This document shows, piece by piece, positions 14,673-26,455 of a stretch of 64,000 nt of DNA. Positions within the stretch are counted from its first letter, which is position 1, and each line of letters starts with the position of its first letter. The stretch is from NCBI RefSeq assembly GCF_963921235.1, contig NC_086106.1:23064001-23128000 (forward strand). Direction: 5' to 3'. The DNA is from Mobula hypostoma. Taxonomy: Eukaryota. The notes beneath the pieces were generated by a model. The model did no database searches. It saw only the letters and a list, made by a program, of their open reading frames with translations, and had not been told where the DNA came from. Both the position numbers and the translations under genes were made by a program.

Positions 14673-15207
14673 TACCACAACTGACACCAATAACAGAACA
14701 CCGGCCATGTAGACTTACCCACTGTTCCATCTACATTTGAAAAAGAAATAGGAAATGAGCTTACATTGCCTCCGCCAGTACTGGGCGAAACCTTTTTGAG
14801 CCAAAACCTTGCAACTTAACGTCACACTATCCCCACAACGACAGCCCCCACAATGACCACTTAATTGGACAGTACCCACTTTTCGGCACCAGGTTGCCCG
14901 TCGAAAATCTTTGTCGAGCCTACGCGGGCATCCACCTGCTGGTTCAGAGTAGTACTCCAATCAGCGACGCCTCTCAAAAAGCTTGCTGCGTTAAAGCTTT
15001 TGCCCATCCTGCGCGGGAACGCTCCCGTTGCGACTGCTGAATAGATCAATGAACTGCATGAATTGTCGCTAAATTGAATGCCGACTTCAGTTTCCCGATC
15101 AGTTGACGGAGGACCGCCCTTACCAATGGGATACAGAGTTTACACATGAGAGTATTCCGATTCATGCGATCAGTTTAACGACAAAGAGCTCTCAAAGGCA
15201 CGTCACA

Positions 15208-15437
15208 ATCTTATCAGGTCCTATTGCTGGTAATTTTTGTGTTGGCATGTTGTTACGTAATATTCCGGCAAGATTGTAGTTCATTCTTCAGCATTGCTCG
15301 GAGCAGTGCTTTATACAAGCAACAATCTAATCTTTCAGATTTACTTTGCTTTTGCAGATGGCATCCATGGGGATTATATCATCGAATATACCTTTCGGAT
15401 TAGGCGTCGTTCTACTTCTCCTTATCGCTCACCCGTG
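15208..15437 (+). pseudogene. Possible internally deleted TCR V relic (leader, intron, FR1 start fused to FR3 end)
   Basis: Leader-like YQVLLLVIFVLACCY then gtaata (15257). Acceptor tttgcag|AT GGC ATC CAT GGG GAT (DGIHGD). This is followed almost directly by CTT TCG GAT TAG GCG TCG TTC TAC TTC TCC TTA TCG CT (resembles LSDSAVYYCALS) and CACCCGTG. No nonamer was found. Confidence 0.35.
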
Positions 15438-16934
15438 CATAACTAAGCTCCTGCTAGTCGTTGAATGAGCATCCTGCACTGGGTTGATTTTTTTTTTCTG
15501 ACTTTCTCCTTTCTTGACACCACATGGCATTAATGGATAAATCAGCATTTATTCCTATACAAAGCTTTTGAATGTGGTTAGAATTAAGAACACATAAAAC
15601 TGCCTCAAGAACTGTAATATTCCCGGCCTCCTCATTTTACCGTTTCTAAGTAAACCAATTTATTTCAGACGGTGTTTGATAAATGTACGTTGATTAACTA
15701 TATTAAAGGTGATTACGATAAGACTGGTCCAGCGAAGACTCAATCTATAGCTCAGACATCGAATCTATGACAACACAATGACAACTGCACACCGACACTA
15801 GTGAAGCTCAGATAGCAAACTACGTATACCATATAACCTTGTTTGGATTACAAAGAACGTAAATAAAGATTTCATAAGACAATCATAATCAACGTTGCAA
15901 CCACGCTGAATTTAAGAGCCTCCAATACGTTATAATTTTGAACATTTGCCGACGCGTGTGCTCAAATTGTGGCAGAAAAAAAAACACCGTTGCCAGGATC
16001 TGAATTGTGACTGAACACATGGATTCACAAGGGTGCTGTCTCGTTTAAAAAATTACGGTGATGTATGACGATTGGCTCTACTTGCCTGCAACGACTAGAA
16101 GTGTAAACAGAAGGAAGTATATCAGTTAAGGACGGATAAAACGAATATTATATAATATATATTTGTAATACCTGCACATCCTTCATGAGAACAGAAGAGG
16201 GAGTAGTTTTAAGTTGCGAAAAGCAAATTTAAAGGGGAATTTCAACATAAATGATATATTTTAATCTGTAATGAACGTGGTTGATATCTCTAATTTACGG
16301 TCAGTGAGGGTGATATAAAGGGGTGCACTTACTGTTGTTTGGGTGGTTAATTTGACAAAGGGCAGAGGGTGTATACAGAACGTAAGTAGATGGAGTTGGG
16401 ATGGAATGACTAGAACAAGTTTATCTGTTCATGGTAGGCTGAAGTTACCCATTTCGTCGAGGTACTTTGTTTGGACTTTAAGAATAATGACGTTTGCTCA
16501 ATTCGTTTTTGTGCAATGAAATATTGAAGCAATCTGAAGCCGACGTAGACTCAACTAAAAGTTTAGAATTTATTTGTGCAATTTATCTCTTCAACATGGT
16601 CTGCAATGGTTGGTTATTCTGCTAAAGACAACACCAACCTCCTAGCTTTGGACGTTATAAAAACAAATCAACTCCGTTTTATTTTTAGTGCGAAATCATA
16701 TGAAGTAATTTCTGATCACCCCATCTTTGCCTCTGAGTCTTACAAGCACCTGAATCTTTTGATCTGAGGAAGTAACTTATGTCCGGTCGCGTCATATCTG
16801 TCAACTTTCAGATGACTGGCTGTGTTGAGGAACAAAGAAGTAATATAGGATTGCAAAGATTAAGAAACGGGTTTGACGGGGACTTGGAGAAACAAAGGGT
16901 TTCGTTGCAAATCCACAGTGAACAGACCACTGGC

Positions 16935-17769
16935 ATGCTGGTCCTATATCTGTTTCTTTTTGCTGCAGCGCTTCTGATAGGTAAGCTTTTCAACATTTTC
17001 ACAATCGTCTTCCTCACCGTGGTATACAGGATGATTTATCAATATATGCCAATAATGCATTATTGACCCATTGGTAGGAAAGGACTTGGGATAACGAAAG
17101 CAATATGGATCCAAATCTCCTTCAAATAGTAATAGAATGTTTAGTTTGTATTGTGACGCAACAACAGGCGAATCCGCCTCACTCCTTGGAGCGGAAGCAT
17201 TTTCTTTCTTATCCTCCTGCGATATAAAAGGGACGAGAAATCGCTAATGCAGGCTATTGGAAGTTTTTACAAAATGAAAATTTTGTTTAGCCTTTTCTGC
17301 CATCCCTGCTAATTTATACGGGAGAAATACTTCGACGACACATTGTAATCCCCATTTGTTGCCCCCGGACAGTACTAAACACCACGGTGTGCTTCGGGAG
17401 TATGCAAGCAGAATTTTGATATTCCTTGATAATAATTTGAAATTATTGTTTGACAATAACAGGACATTCCAGAGGCGATGCCGTTTATCAGCAACCTGCT
17501 GTCGCCACAGTCGCCGAAGGGGAAGCTGCAGTGCTAAACTGTAACTATAAAGCTGGAAGCACGGACAACCCTGTATTAATCTGGTACCGCCAGTATCCCG
17601 GAGGTTCTCTGGAGTTATTGTTGCTCCGTACCAAATTCGATGGCCAACGAGATAATATTCTCCGACAACGGTTCACGGCGCAGCTGAATGATTCGAGCGG
17701 AACGGTCCCACTGACAGTATTCGAAACACATCTCGGAGACACTGCCATGTATTATTGTGCGTTGAGGCT
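16935..17769 (+). CDS. TRAV: Intact T-cell receptor alpha/delta-type V gene segment (leader exon 16935-16980, intron 16981-17462, V exon 17463-17769)
   Basis: The 46-nt leader MLVLYLFLFAAALLI(G)|gtaagc joins in phase 1 to ag|GA CAT TCC AGA GGC. The V domain GDAVYQQP...VLNCNY...LIWYRQYPGG...QRFTAQ...LGDTAMYYCALR has Cys23, Trp41 and Cys104 and no stops. A 23-RSS follows immediately. The symbol is family-level only; TRAV versus TRDV usage cannot be decided from this window. Confidence 0.93.
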
Positions 17770-17808
17770 CACAGGGATACAGAACTGGACTGAACCTGTA
17801 CAATAACT
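17770..17808 (+). other. 23-bp-spacer recombination signal sequence
   Basis: CACAGGG (17770-17776), 23-nt spacer atacagaactggactgaacctgt, nonamer ACAATAACT (17800-17808). Confidence 0.9.
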
Positions 17809-18489
17809 ACTTGAGTTTTCTAGAGGCAGCTGAGTGTAACTGCAATTTTCTGAGCATCTTTATTACTTGGAGATCCCGACATATACCCAAATAACAATAT
17901 ATTTCATGATATTATTCTCCAACAGATTGTGTCACCTTAATCATGTTACTGCTCAATCTGTTCAAATGCGCATTCGGTTACCAAAATCCCGTCTAAAATC
18001 AGGTATACGACCAAAGAAACAACAACCTCTCATTGTATTTTTATCACTATTTCGAAGAACCTATTTACCTTCAATCGGGGAGGATGCCCACTGTGGAGTG
18101 CAAAGTTGTTTATTTTCCAGTAGCACTTACGTTGAAATCTCACGGTTTACGTAATTTATTATTACTTGCAGTTTCTAATATGTCAATTTATTGTTATATT
18201 TGTTTTTGCAGCTGAACATTTCCTTTCAGAGCGATACTGTCGCGCCCTCCTTTGGCTTACTAGATACCAGCAACCTGACATCGCCGGATTGTGACACCAC
18301 TCTAAGAAATAGATGCGTGTACTGGTACAGGACGAAATTGCACTTTAATTTGCAGTCCACCCTTGATAATACCACAGAGACAATCGAGGAAGATGCCGTT
18401 TACAGAGCAATCGTTATGACTTGTTTCCTCAGAATTGCTCATCAATCGTTGAATTGTATTTTGGAGTCGAGAGGGAATGTTGCAGTAAT

Positions 18490-19060
18490 ATCGGGCCCTG
18501 TTCAGACCCCACTTAGAGCACGGTGCTGAGTTCTGGTCGCCTCACTACAGGAAGAATGTGGATGTCACATAAAGAGTGCAGATGAGATTTACCAGGATGT
18601 TGTCTGGATTGGGGAGCATGTCTTATGAAAACAGGTTGAGTCAACTCGGCCTTTTCTCCTTGGAGAGACGGAGGATGAGAGGTGACCTGACAGATGTGTA
18701 TACGATGATGAGAGGAATTCATCTTGTGGATAGTCAGAGACTTTTTCGCAGGGTTGAAATGGTTGCCACAAGAGGACACATGTTGAAGGTACTCGGGAGT
18801 AGGTACAGAGGAGATGTCAGTGGTAACTTATTTTTTTAACTCAGAGAGTGTTGAGTGCGTGAAATAGGCTGCCGGCCATCGTGGTGGAGGCGGATACGAT
18901 AGGGTCTTCGAAGAGACATTTGGATAGGTACATGGAGATTAAAAAAATAGAGGGTTATGCTTAAGTCCAGCCATCTCTAAGGTAGGGACATGTTCAGCAC
19001 AACTTTGTGGGCCAAAGTGCCTGTATTGAGCTTCATGTTGCCTATGTTTCCATGTTTCTA
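18490..19060 (+). mobile_element. CR1 LINE 3' fragment
   Basis: Encodes the CR1 ORF2 C-terminus (QMRFTRMLSGLGSMSYENRLSQLGLFSLERRRMRGDL) and ends in ctatgtttc-type tail repeats. Confidence 0.85.
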
Positions 19061-20439
19061 TAAAATGGCACAGCTGACATCTCACGTTTGAGGAAATCAC
19101 TTTAACATCAGTCATGACATCATTCAAAAGGACTCTGAGTGTTACGTAACAGAAAAAAAACTAGGGGAAATGTAAAGATGAATGGGTAACATGAACACAG
19201 AAGGATATTTTTCGATAAATTATATATTAATGGCAAGGCCTGCCAAAGTGTCAGTGATATCAGCAGTCGAAATCCCGTGACATGTATGCTATACTATTAG
19301 CTGTAGAGTTCCTGCTAACATTATATTATATCCGACGTAAACAAAGTGTTGTTTCGGGTTACTGAGTATGCTATAATATTAATCCTGAATATTCCGAATT
19401 CCAAAGGTGCTGTACTGCTTTAACAACAATGGATTTCACTAAATTTACATCCGACACCATCTCAACGGAATTGTTCTCGGATTAGTGAAACTATTGGGCC
19501 TCGTTAATTAGAGCCGGCTACGTAAATCCATGAGCACTGCATTTGCCATGGGCACTGATGCACTGTATTTGCAAATAGTTGTCTTACGTAAAGTCGTTAA
19601 GCATTACATTTTGTACTTAAGACTGTAAGTTTATTTTGACTAGCACGATTTTCAACTTTCAATTGTTATTTAAAGCGTAATGCTGATTAACTCTGGCTGC
19701 AATGTCGTTTTTGTTTCGAGAATAAATCAATCCCGGTGTTGCTCTTTCTAGCCACTGATGATCTGTCAGAATTTAATTCAAGTGATTTTTTTCTTCAATA
19801 TCTACATTGTCGCTTCTCCGCAATAGGGGTCAATCATTTCTCAGCACTGTAAATTGCAAAAGTGTGTTATGAACAAATATTCTTGGGAGTTGGTTGTCGT
19901 CGTTATGTCGCATTTGGAATTTCCAATTGACGGACGATTTTACTGCACGCCGCTCTGTACCATTTGGGAAATCATGTACTTGGCAGGTTACAGCAGTGGC
20001 TTCCCTTTGTCTTCGGCCGGCTGAGTTTAAAGAGATCAGAACCTCTCTTCTTGGTAGATTATCTGCTTGCAAAGCAACCATTGTCTTCCAAGGTCGTAGC
20101 TCTTCCGCCTTCCCCACTAGACGCCTGCTGGATCCGCCGTTGGTCAGCACTCGTAACCCCCAGCAAGGGCCCCTTACTAAGTGTTACCAGTCTGCTCAGC
20201 TGGACTTGGGGAGAATCGCAAGGGAATGATCGACCACACCCTTAGGCCAATTAAAGGCCCCTCTACCCATTTTTGGGAGTTACGATCTTAATTAAATTAC
20301 TTTTCCCTTATGGAATGTTTACTGCTGTAATCTCAATTATCGATGGAGTTCTCCTTTTTTTTTGTTTCTTTTATGTCTCAACCATTCATCTTCTGTTCAG
20401 CTGCTCAGCGAGATAATTCGGGCACCGGTACCATTTGGG

Positions 20440-21815
20440 CAGTGGTCAAAAAGGGAGACAGGGCTGAGGCGAAGAAGATGAAAAATGCGTCGCTTTGAGT
20501 TGTAGAAATAAATCTTATACCAGGTCACGTCCTCCTCAGTCCGACCTCGCAGTTGCCAGCTGGTTCTGCCCGAGAAACATCGGAGAATTGCGTTAATGTC
20601 AGTTCATGATAATTCTAGATATTTTGGGGGTGGAAAAGACCTATGGATTACTCAGAGACCGGTTTTGCAGGCCGGGAATGAAATCAGAGGTCCAAGAATA
20701 CTGCAGGTCGTGCATTTGATGCATACGGCAGAAATGCTTCTTACGGAGGCAGCCCGCTTGTCCAACCTGCAGACTGCGGGTCCTCTGGACCTGATGTGTA
20801 TGTATTTCATGTCACAAGAACCTGATCCCAGCAACAGGAAAAACGTTTTAGTCATTATCGACCACTACCCAACATATGCTCAGGCTTTTCCTGCTAAGGA
20901 CCAGAGGGGAACCGCGGTGGCAAAAGTGTTAGGGGAGAAGTATTTAATCTATTATGGCAACCGCAGGCGGATACATAGTGATCAAGGACGGAATTTCGAG
21001 AGCAGACTCATCCATGAGTTAGTGGGACTGCTTGAATTGGAGAAGCCCTATCACACCCAGAGTGATCCCCAGCCAGAAAGGTTTAATCGGACGTTGCTAG
21101 ACATGCTCGCGACCCCGGAGATCAGCAAGAATAGCAGGTGGAGTCAACATATTGGACATTTGGTGCACAGTTACAACTGCACACGAAATGAAGCTACTGG
21201 GTACTCACTATACTACCTGATGTCCGGGCGCGAGGCGAGGTTTCTCTTTAACCTTTGCTTTGGACTGATGAGGGTGACTTCCCATTGAAGACATGTAAAG
21301 TATGTGTCTGACATGAGATGCGCTGTAATGTGCTAATGAATGAGCTGGGATCGCGGCTGCCAATCAGAATCAAGGGAATAAGAGGAGATATGATCAACAG
21401 GATGATGTTCTCCCAACTCCTGCCGGGTAATAAGAGTCCACATAAGGAATCTGGGACGACCTGGAAAGCATAAGTTCGCTGATCGCGGGACGGCTCTGCC
21501 CTATGTGGTGGAGAGTCGGGTGAAAAACATATTAGTTTTTCCGGTGAAACCAAAGTATGGATATGGGCCTGTCAAGATTGTCCAACGGAATCACCCTTTG
21601 CCCCAGAGTCAAGAGATGCAGGTGGACCCAGAGCCGGACTTGGACACTACACCTAATAAGAGGATCCTGTGGAAAGGCGGGGCGACTACAGGGCCCCCAA
21701 CAGTCTAATTGATGTCGGTCCCCACACCTGAAAGCGTTATTAATCCCGTTGATGAGGACATGGATGTGTGCTATATGCTGTATATCGCTAACTCCCAATT
21801 AATTTGAGGAAGAGA
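20440..21815 (+). mobile_element. Gypsy integrase fragment
   Basis: ORF 20596-21288 carries integrase core motifs: NVLVIIDHYPTYAQAFP, IHSDQGRNFESRLI, PERFNRTLLDML, YNCTRNEATGYS. Boundaries are approximate. Confidence 0.85.
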
Positions 21816-21818
21816 CTC

Positions 21819-22140
21819 TGTGACTAGGTGGGAAGCATGGGTTTACCCAAATGCAAGACACAAACACGTCTTGTGAGGTTAACTAAATTGTGTTTATTGC
21901 TCGTTACAAGGACTGCAAAGCAGAAACGGGAATAGTGTAATGGACAAGGACTCAGGCCCTGGAGTAGGCTAAGACTAAGGGGCTGGTCTAAGACTCGGAA
22001 CACCGATCTCGGAGCCAGGACTCGGAACACGGACCCCGGAGTCAGGACCTGATACTTGAAACCTCCAGAGCCATGACTTGAAACCTGAAACTTCCAGAGC
22101 CAGGAATTGATACTTGAAACCTCCAGAGCCAGGACTTGCG
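21819..22140 (-). mobile_element. 3' part of the recurrent LTR-like repeat, containing imperfect gaaacctccagagcc repeats
   Basis: The reverse complement ends ttgcatttgggtaaaccc...agtcACA, as in the copy at 3505-3991. Confidence 0.6.
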
Positions 22141-22944
22141 GCTAAAATATCCATTCAGAAGGTTCAAAGGAACATCAAAACAAGCCTGGTGCATTTTGGA
22201 AACAAGTCCTGCTGACAGATGAAGTCAAAACCGAACGTTTTGGCCGCAATGAGCAAAGGTATCCTTGGGGGAAAAAGGTTGCAAAATTTCATGAAATTAA
22301 CCCCTATCCAATTGTTAAGCACAAACATGCATCGATCATGCTTTGGGCTTCTGTTGCAACCAATGGCACGGGGAACTTTTACTGGTAGAGGGAAATATGA
22401 AGTCAAATGAATAACAAAACATTCTGGAAGCAAACTTCGCACCGTCTGTAAAAAAGCCGAAGATGAAAAATGGATAATGAACCAAAATACATCTCAAAAT
22501 CCACAATGGACGACCTCAAGAGACGCAAGGAGACGGTTGTGCCATGGCCCTCACTGTCTCCTGATCTAAAATCAACGAGAATCTAGGATAGACTTCAAAA
22601 GAGCAGTGCATGCAAGACGGCCCAAGAATCTCACCGAACTAGAAGCTGCTTGCAAGGAAAAATAGGTGAAGATCCCCCACACAACAATTGAAAGGTACTT
22701 GCCAAAGGGGATGTTACTAAGTACTGCCATGCAGGGTGCCCAAACTTTTGCTTGGGGTCCTTTTCTTTAGTTATTTTGAAAGTGTAAAAAACGGAAATAA
22801 TAGAAGTTTTCTTGATAAAAAATATTAAAGAAATGTGTCACTTTCACCTTCATGCCTTTTGGAAATCAGTTCATCTTTTACACGCTTAGCTATTCACAGT
22901 AACAGAAATTTTGACTGGGGTGCCCAAACATTTGCATGCCACTG
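22141..22944 (+). mobile_element. Tc1/mariner DNA transposon remnant (3' half with right TIR)
   Basis: Translates to FWKQVLLTDEVKTERFGRNEQRY...VKHKHASIMLWASVA and WPSLSPDL. It ends gggtgcccaaacatttgcatgccactg followed by TA, and an internal copy of the cagggtgcccaaac motif lies at ~22732. Confidence 0.85.
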
Positions 22945-23591
22945 TATTCTCGTTTTAGTCTGCTTAGAACATTTTGTTTTCATTTATGTTTTTTTTTTCA
23001 CCACTTATTTTGACCTTAACTGCTGAATAGACAGTTGCAGTGAATTTCTTTTTTTTTTTTTGAAATGTGTATAATAACTGGAAAAGTGATAAAAATCACA
23101 AATTTACTACTGACAAATGATATCGGGGTATAATAACATATATGATCACCATACAACAACAGGATATAGTAGAAGAATTAGGTCGTTTGGCGCATCCTGT
23201 CCAGTCTGCCAATTCGTCATGCTGCTGCCCAGTCTATCCGCATCTCCCTGTATCCGTTCATGGAATGTTCATATGCTCCCCATATTCCGGGTAATTGAAG
23301 CGCCGAAACCTGGGCACATGCCGCTGTTCTTTCGGTACTAAGACATGTATCAAGCAATTTGTGTCGGTCCAATTTCTGATGACCGCCATGGATCAATAGT
23401 TGAGCAGATGTATATAGTAGCAGGTTTTGAACCCTGTGACATTTCAGATTGCAGGGACATTGTCAGTATTGCTTTGCTCATTGTAAACAGCCGTATAACT
23501 AGCTACAGCTGTATACGCCCACGTGTTTCTTCTTTTTTTTTCAATCAGCTACATCCAACGTGTCAGCGGAAACAACAGGTTTGATTGTTTG

Positions 23592-23629
23592 CGTTTTTGT
23601 GAAGGTGTAGAGCTGACTGAGCCAATGTG
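23592..23629 (-). other. RSS with 22-bp spacer
   Basis: On the - strand: CACATTG, 22 nt, ACAAAAACG. Confidence 0.85.
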
Positions 23630-24063
23630 AGCGTGAAACCAGAACGATACGTGGCGGAATTCGAAACAAGAGCCCCGGTGATGCTGAAAGTAAAACACCG
23701 ACTATTTCTGTCCAATAGAACAGTAAATCGTCTGGCATATCGGAAGATTGTTCCTCGAAATCAGTGCTGAGCTTCTTTATTTGAAATTTTGGTGCTGTCT
23801 TGGGAAACTGAGTGCACCAGAAAGCAGAACCACGGTCATAAACTGCGGAATAGGTGCAGCTGAGCGTTATCGTTTGTCCTTCTTCAGCTGTCTGTTCAGA
23901 CAATTTCTGGGATACTGGTTCCTCGCTACAAGCCCCTGCAAGAAAATACGACACGGTTAGCACTGTGAGCGTAAATCACAGCCACATGGAGCATGGATTC
24001 TTATTTTCAGACCATCTTGGAAGCAGGATTATTACTATCATGACCAGATGTTGCGAAGCAAAT
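23630..24063 (-). pseudogene. TCR alpha/delta-type V pseudogene, family 2 (V exon 23630-23935; decayed leader ~24016-24063)
   Basis: Acceptor ttcttgcag|GG GCT TGT AGC GAG starts GACSEEPVSQK...TLSCTY...FWCTQFPK. A 1-nt deletion at GAC-GA-TTT shifts the frame; the FR3 frame reads RFTVLLDRNSRCFTFSITGALVSNSATYRSG, so Cys104 is TCT. The leader is homologous to those at 35289 and 43536, but ATG is replaced by ATT and the GT donor is lost. Confidence 0.9.
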
Positions 24064-24375
24064 CCTGTTGTCTTGAAGGCAGATAACTTAAGGTGCTCAT
24101 GTTTTTATATAAGAACATTGCTAAAAAGGGGCAGTTTTATTTGGCTGAGAAATGGCGTTCTCTTCGTTCAGGATTGGCGTTTCACAAAATTAAGACAGGG
24201 TTGGCACAAATCAACTTCGTCTACGTCATTTGATGTACGTAATTATGCGGTGCATTAATATATTTAACGAACCACAAAATATCGGATGAAATCAGAAGTA
24301 GCTGGAGTGTAAGTACAGCTAATTTACATTTCGCACTTTTACTATGGTCATGAACATGAGGAGATGCCGCATGAA

Positions 24376-24377
<2 letters not shown>

Positions 24378-24436
<59 letters not shown>

Positions 24437-24470
24437 CACCCCCCCCCCCGCCACACACACACACACTCCA
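24378..24470. repeat. (TC)n microsatellite followed by poly-C and (CA)n
   Basis: Read directly from the sequence. Confidence 0.95.
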
Positions 24471-26455
24471 CGCCACGCACTCACACATATCACACATATA
24501 ATATGAGAAGAAAACGTAAAAAACGTAATTCCTGGGACCTTGTCATGTTGTGTTAGCTTAGTTGTACTATTATATACCTCACGGATACCGTGTGACTCTC
24601 TTATGAGGATGATGTGATGGTCTTTCTATTGTAAGGTACAGAAATGTTGGGGCGGTAGTTTCACCAATCGTTACCAGCTCTATTGATGTACCTTTTCAGT
24701 ACTATTAGAGAGTGTAGTCGGGAACCTGAAGGAGTCGTTCGGGGGTTTTGGTGAACCGACCATTACTGAATTCGTTGAAGTAATAGTGATTTGCATGAGA
24801 TTACTTCCGCTAAAAGCTGCAGAAAAAGTTATGCAGTACCTAGTCTACGGAGGAAATACGTCAGTGCCTTCAAACCGTTTTATTACGGTCGTCGTGAGTC
24901 CTGCTGACAAGGCAGGTTTCGGCTGGGATCGACAGTAACGTGGAGTCTTCGAGGAATACTTTACTTCATGAACATCTCTCTTAGTTAACTGTATAAATTT
25001 CTTGGACTTTCAGATTTACCATTCCAATTACTATGTTCTCATTTAGCACTTTAAGACTGTTCGCCTTTACCACTTTAAGAACTAGCACTGATTTGTGGTT
25101 TGTTCCAGTTAATTGGCCGCATAACAGTTTACTTCCGGTTGAGGTTTTCGCTTGTTAATCTTTTTTTAACTAATTTTGAGCAGAGTTTAGTAAATGTTTA
25201 TTCGTTTATGAAACCTGACTCATGTATTGTTGCCGTTCACGTGACATAAACGGGGGATCGACGGGATGCTCCGATTCTGAGCTCAAACGCTTGTTTATTT
25301 ATCAACCTGATTTGGAAAAGGGAAATACTCGATTATGTTATTTGATTGGTATGTGGGTGGTATTCGGCAGCAATGGCTATTGACGACTTTATGAAGTCGC
25401 TAAACCTGGAGTTTTTAGCCTAGGCGAATAAGGGTGATATATCCGAGATTGCTGGAAGATTGGAACTTAAAGAAATTGCGAAGGTTACAGCAAAGCCCGT
25501 AATTCAGAGAAAAATTGAGGAACGTTACATACATTTGGGTGTTTTTGATGAAGCGGAGTAAAGCAGCGTCCAGTTACACCTGAGCAGGTAGCGTTAGAAA
25601 AGCATAGAGTAGAATTTGTTTTAAAACAGAAACAATTAGAAGCTGACTTGGAACGGTGCTTGTTAGAAGCTGTAAATAAATAGAGGACTTTTAAATAAGA
25701 GAAACCAATAAAAGGAGGGAGTTTGAGCTACAAAGGGAGGAATTAAATTCCGAGATTCAGGCTTCTGGTTCTAAGAAACAGGTGTGTTGCTAGTCGAGGG
25801 GTTATTTTGGCTCCTCAATTTAATGAAGCAGAAGTGGACAAATATTTCCAACATTTCGAAATGTTTGCTCTCAGTTTAGACTGGCCGAAAGAGAGATGGT
25901 CAGTGATCTTACAAAGTGTAACGAAAGGCAAAACACAACATGTTTATGGAGCTTTCAATGCTGAGCAAGCACTGGATAATGATATTGTGAAACAGCATAT
26001 ATTGAAAGCGTATGAAATGGTTCCGGAAGCATATCAAGAAATATTCAGAAATTTGAAGATATCTGTGAAAAAAACATACGTAGGATTTGCCGACGAGAAA
26101 TCTGTGTGTTTTGAGAGACAGGTTTCCTCTGAAAATGTGAATGGGGAGTATAAGAAATTTAAAAAAAAATTGATATTACTAGAATAAAATTAAAAGGAGC
26201 ATTCCTGTTGAAGTGAGAACATACTTAAATGAAAGGGACACTGCTACATTGCAGGAGAATGCTAAATTAACTCATAACTATGCTTTAATTCATAAGAATA
26301 CATTTTTTTCTCCCGGTAGGATTTTTTAAAAGGGGGGAAATAGCACACAGAGCTACGGTAAACCAGAAATTAAATCTAAAGTTAGTGAGAAAGGTAAGGA
26401 TGAAGGGAGACATGTGAAGGAAGGACATTTTGGTCTTATTTGTAATTATTATACG

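Larger units (their letters stand above)
5132..14708 (-). mobile_element. CR1-clade LINE, degenerate, interrupted by a solo LTR (5289-5903) and an L1 (8810-14672)
   Basis: ORF2 fragments on the - strand: APE (TYFNARGIAGKADEL, DVIAISETWL), RT (MPEDWRVAHVVPLFKK, AFSKAFDKVPH, GVPQGSVLGP, YINDL) and C-terminus (LVRPNLEYCVQFWSP). The 3' tail has catagaaac-type repeats at ~5132-5156. ORF1 zinc-finger remnant YMCARC..RELDQELDE lies at 8690-8800, with its start ATGGCCGGTGTTCTG at 14708 beyond the L1. Confidence 0.9.

Noticed and set aside
16905-16920. TTGCAAAT octamer-like motif and CACAGTG just upstream of the intact V leader
   Set aside because: The octamer is mismatched and only ~23 bp from the ATG, and the heptamer has no nonamer. 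There is no support for an Ig-type promoter or an RSS.
19835-20030. Acceptor-like site followed by DGRF/TARR...KSCTWQVTAV...CLRP, vaguely V FR3-like
   Set aside because: No WYxQ, no YYC and no RSS; the resemblance is too weak.
22021-22140. Regularly repeated gatacttgaaacctccagagcc units
   Set aside because: Imperfect tandem repeats inside an LTR fragment, without unique spacers; not CRISPR-like, and the sequence is eukaryotic.
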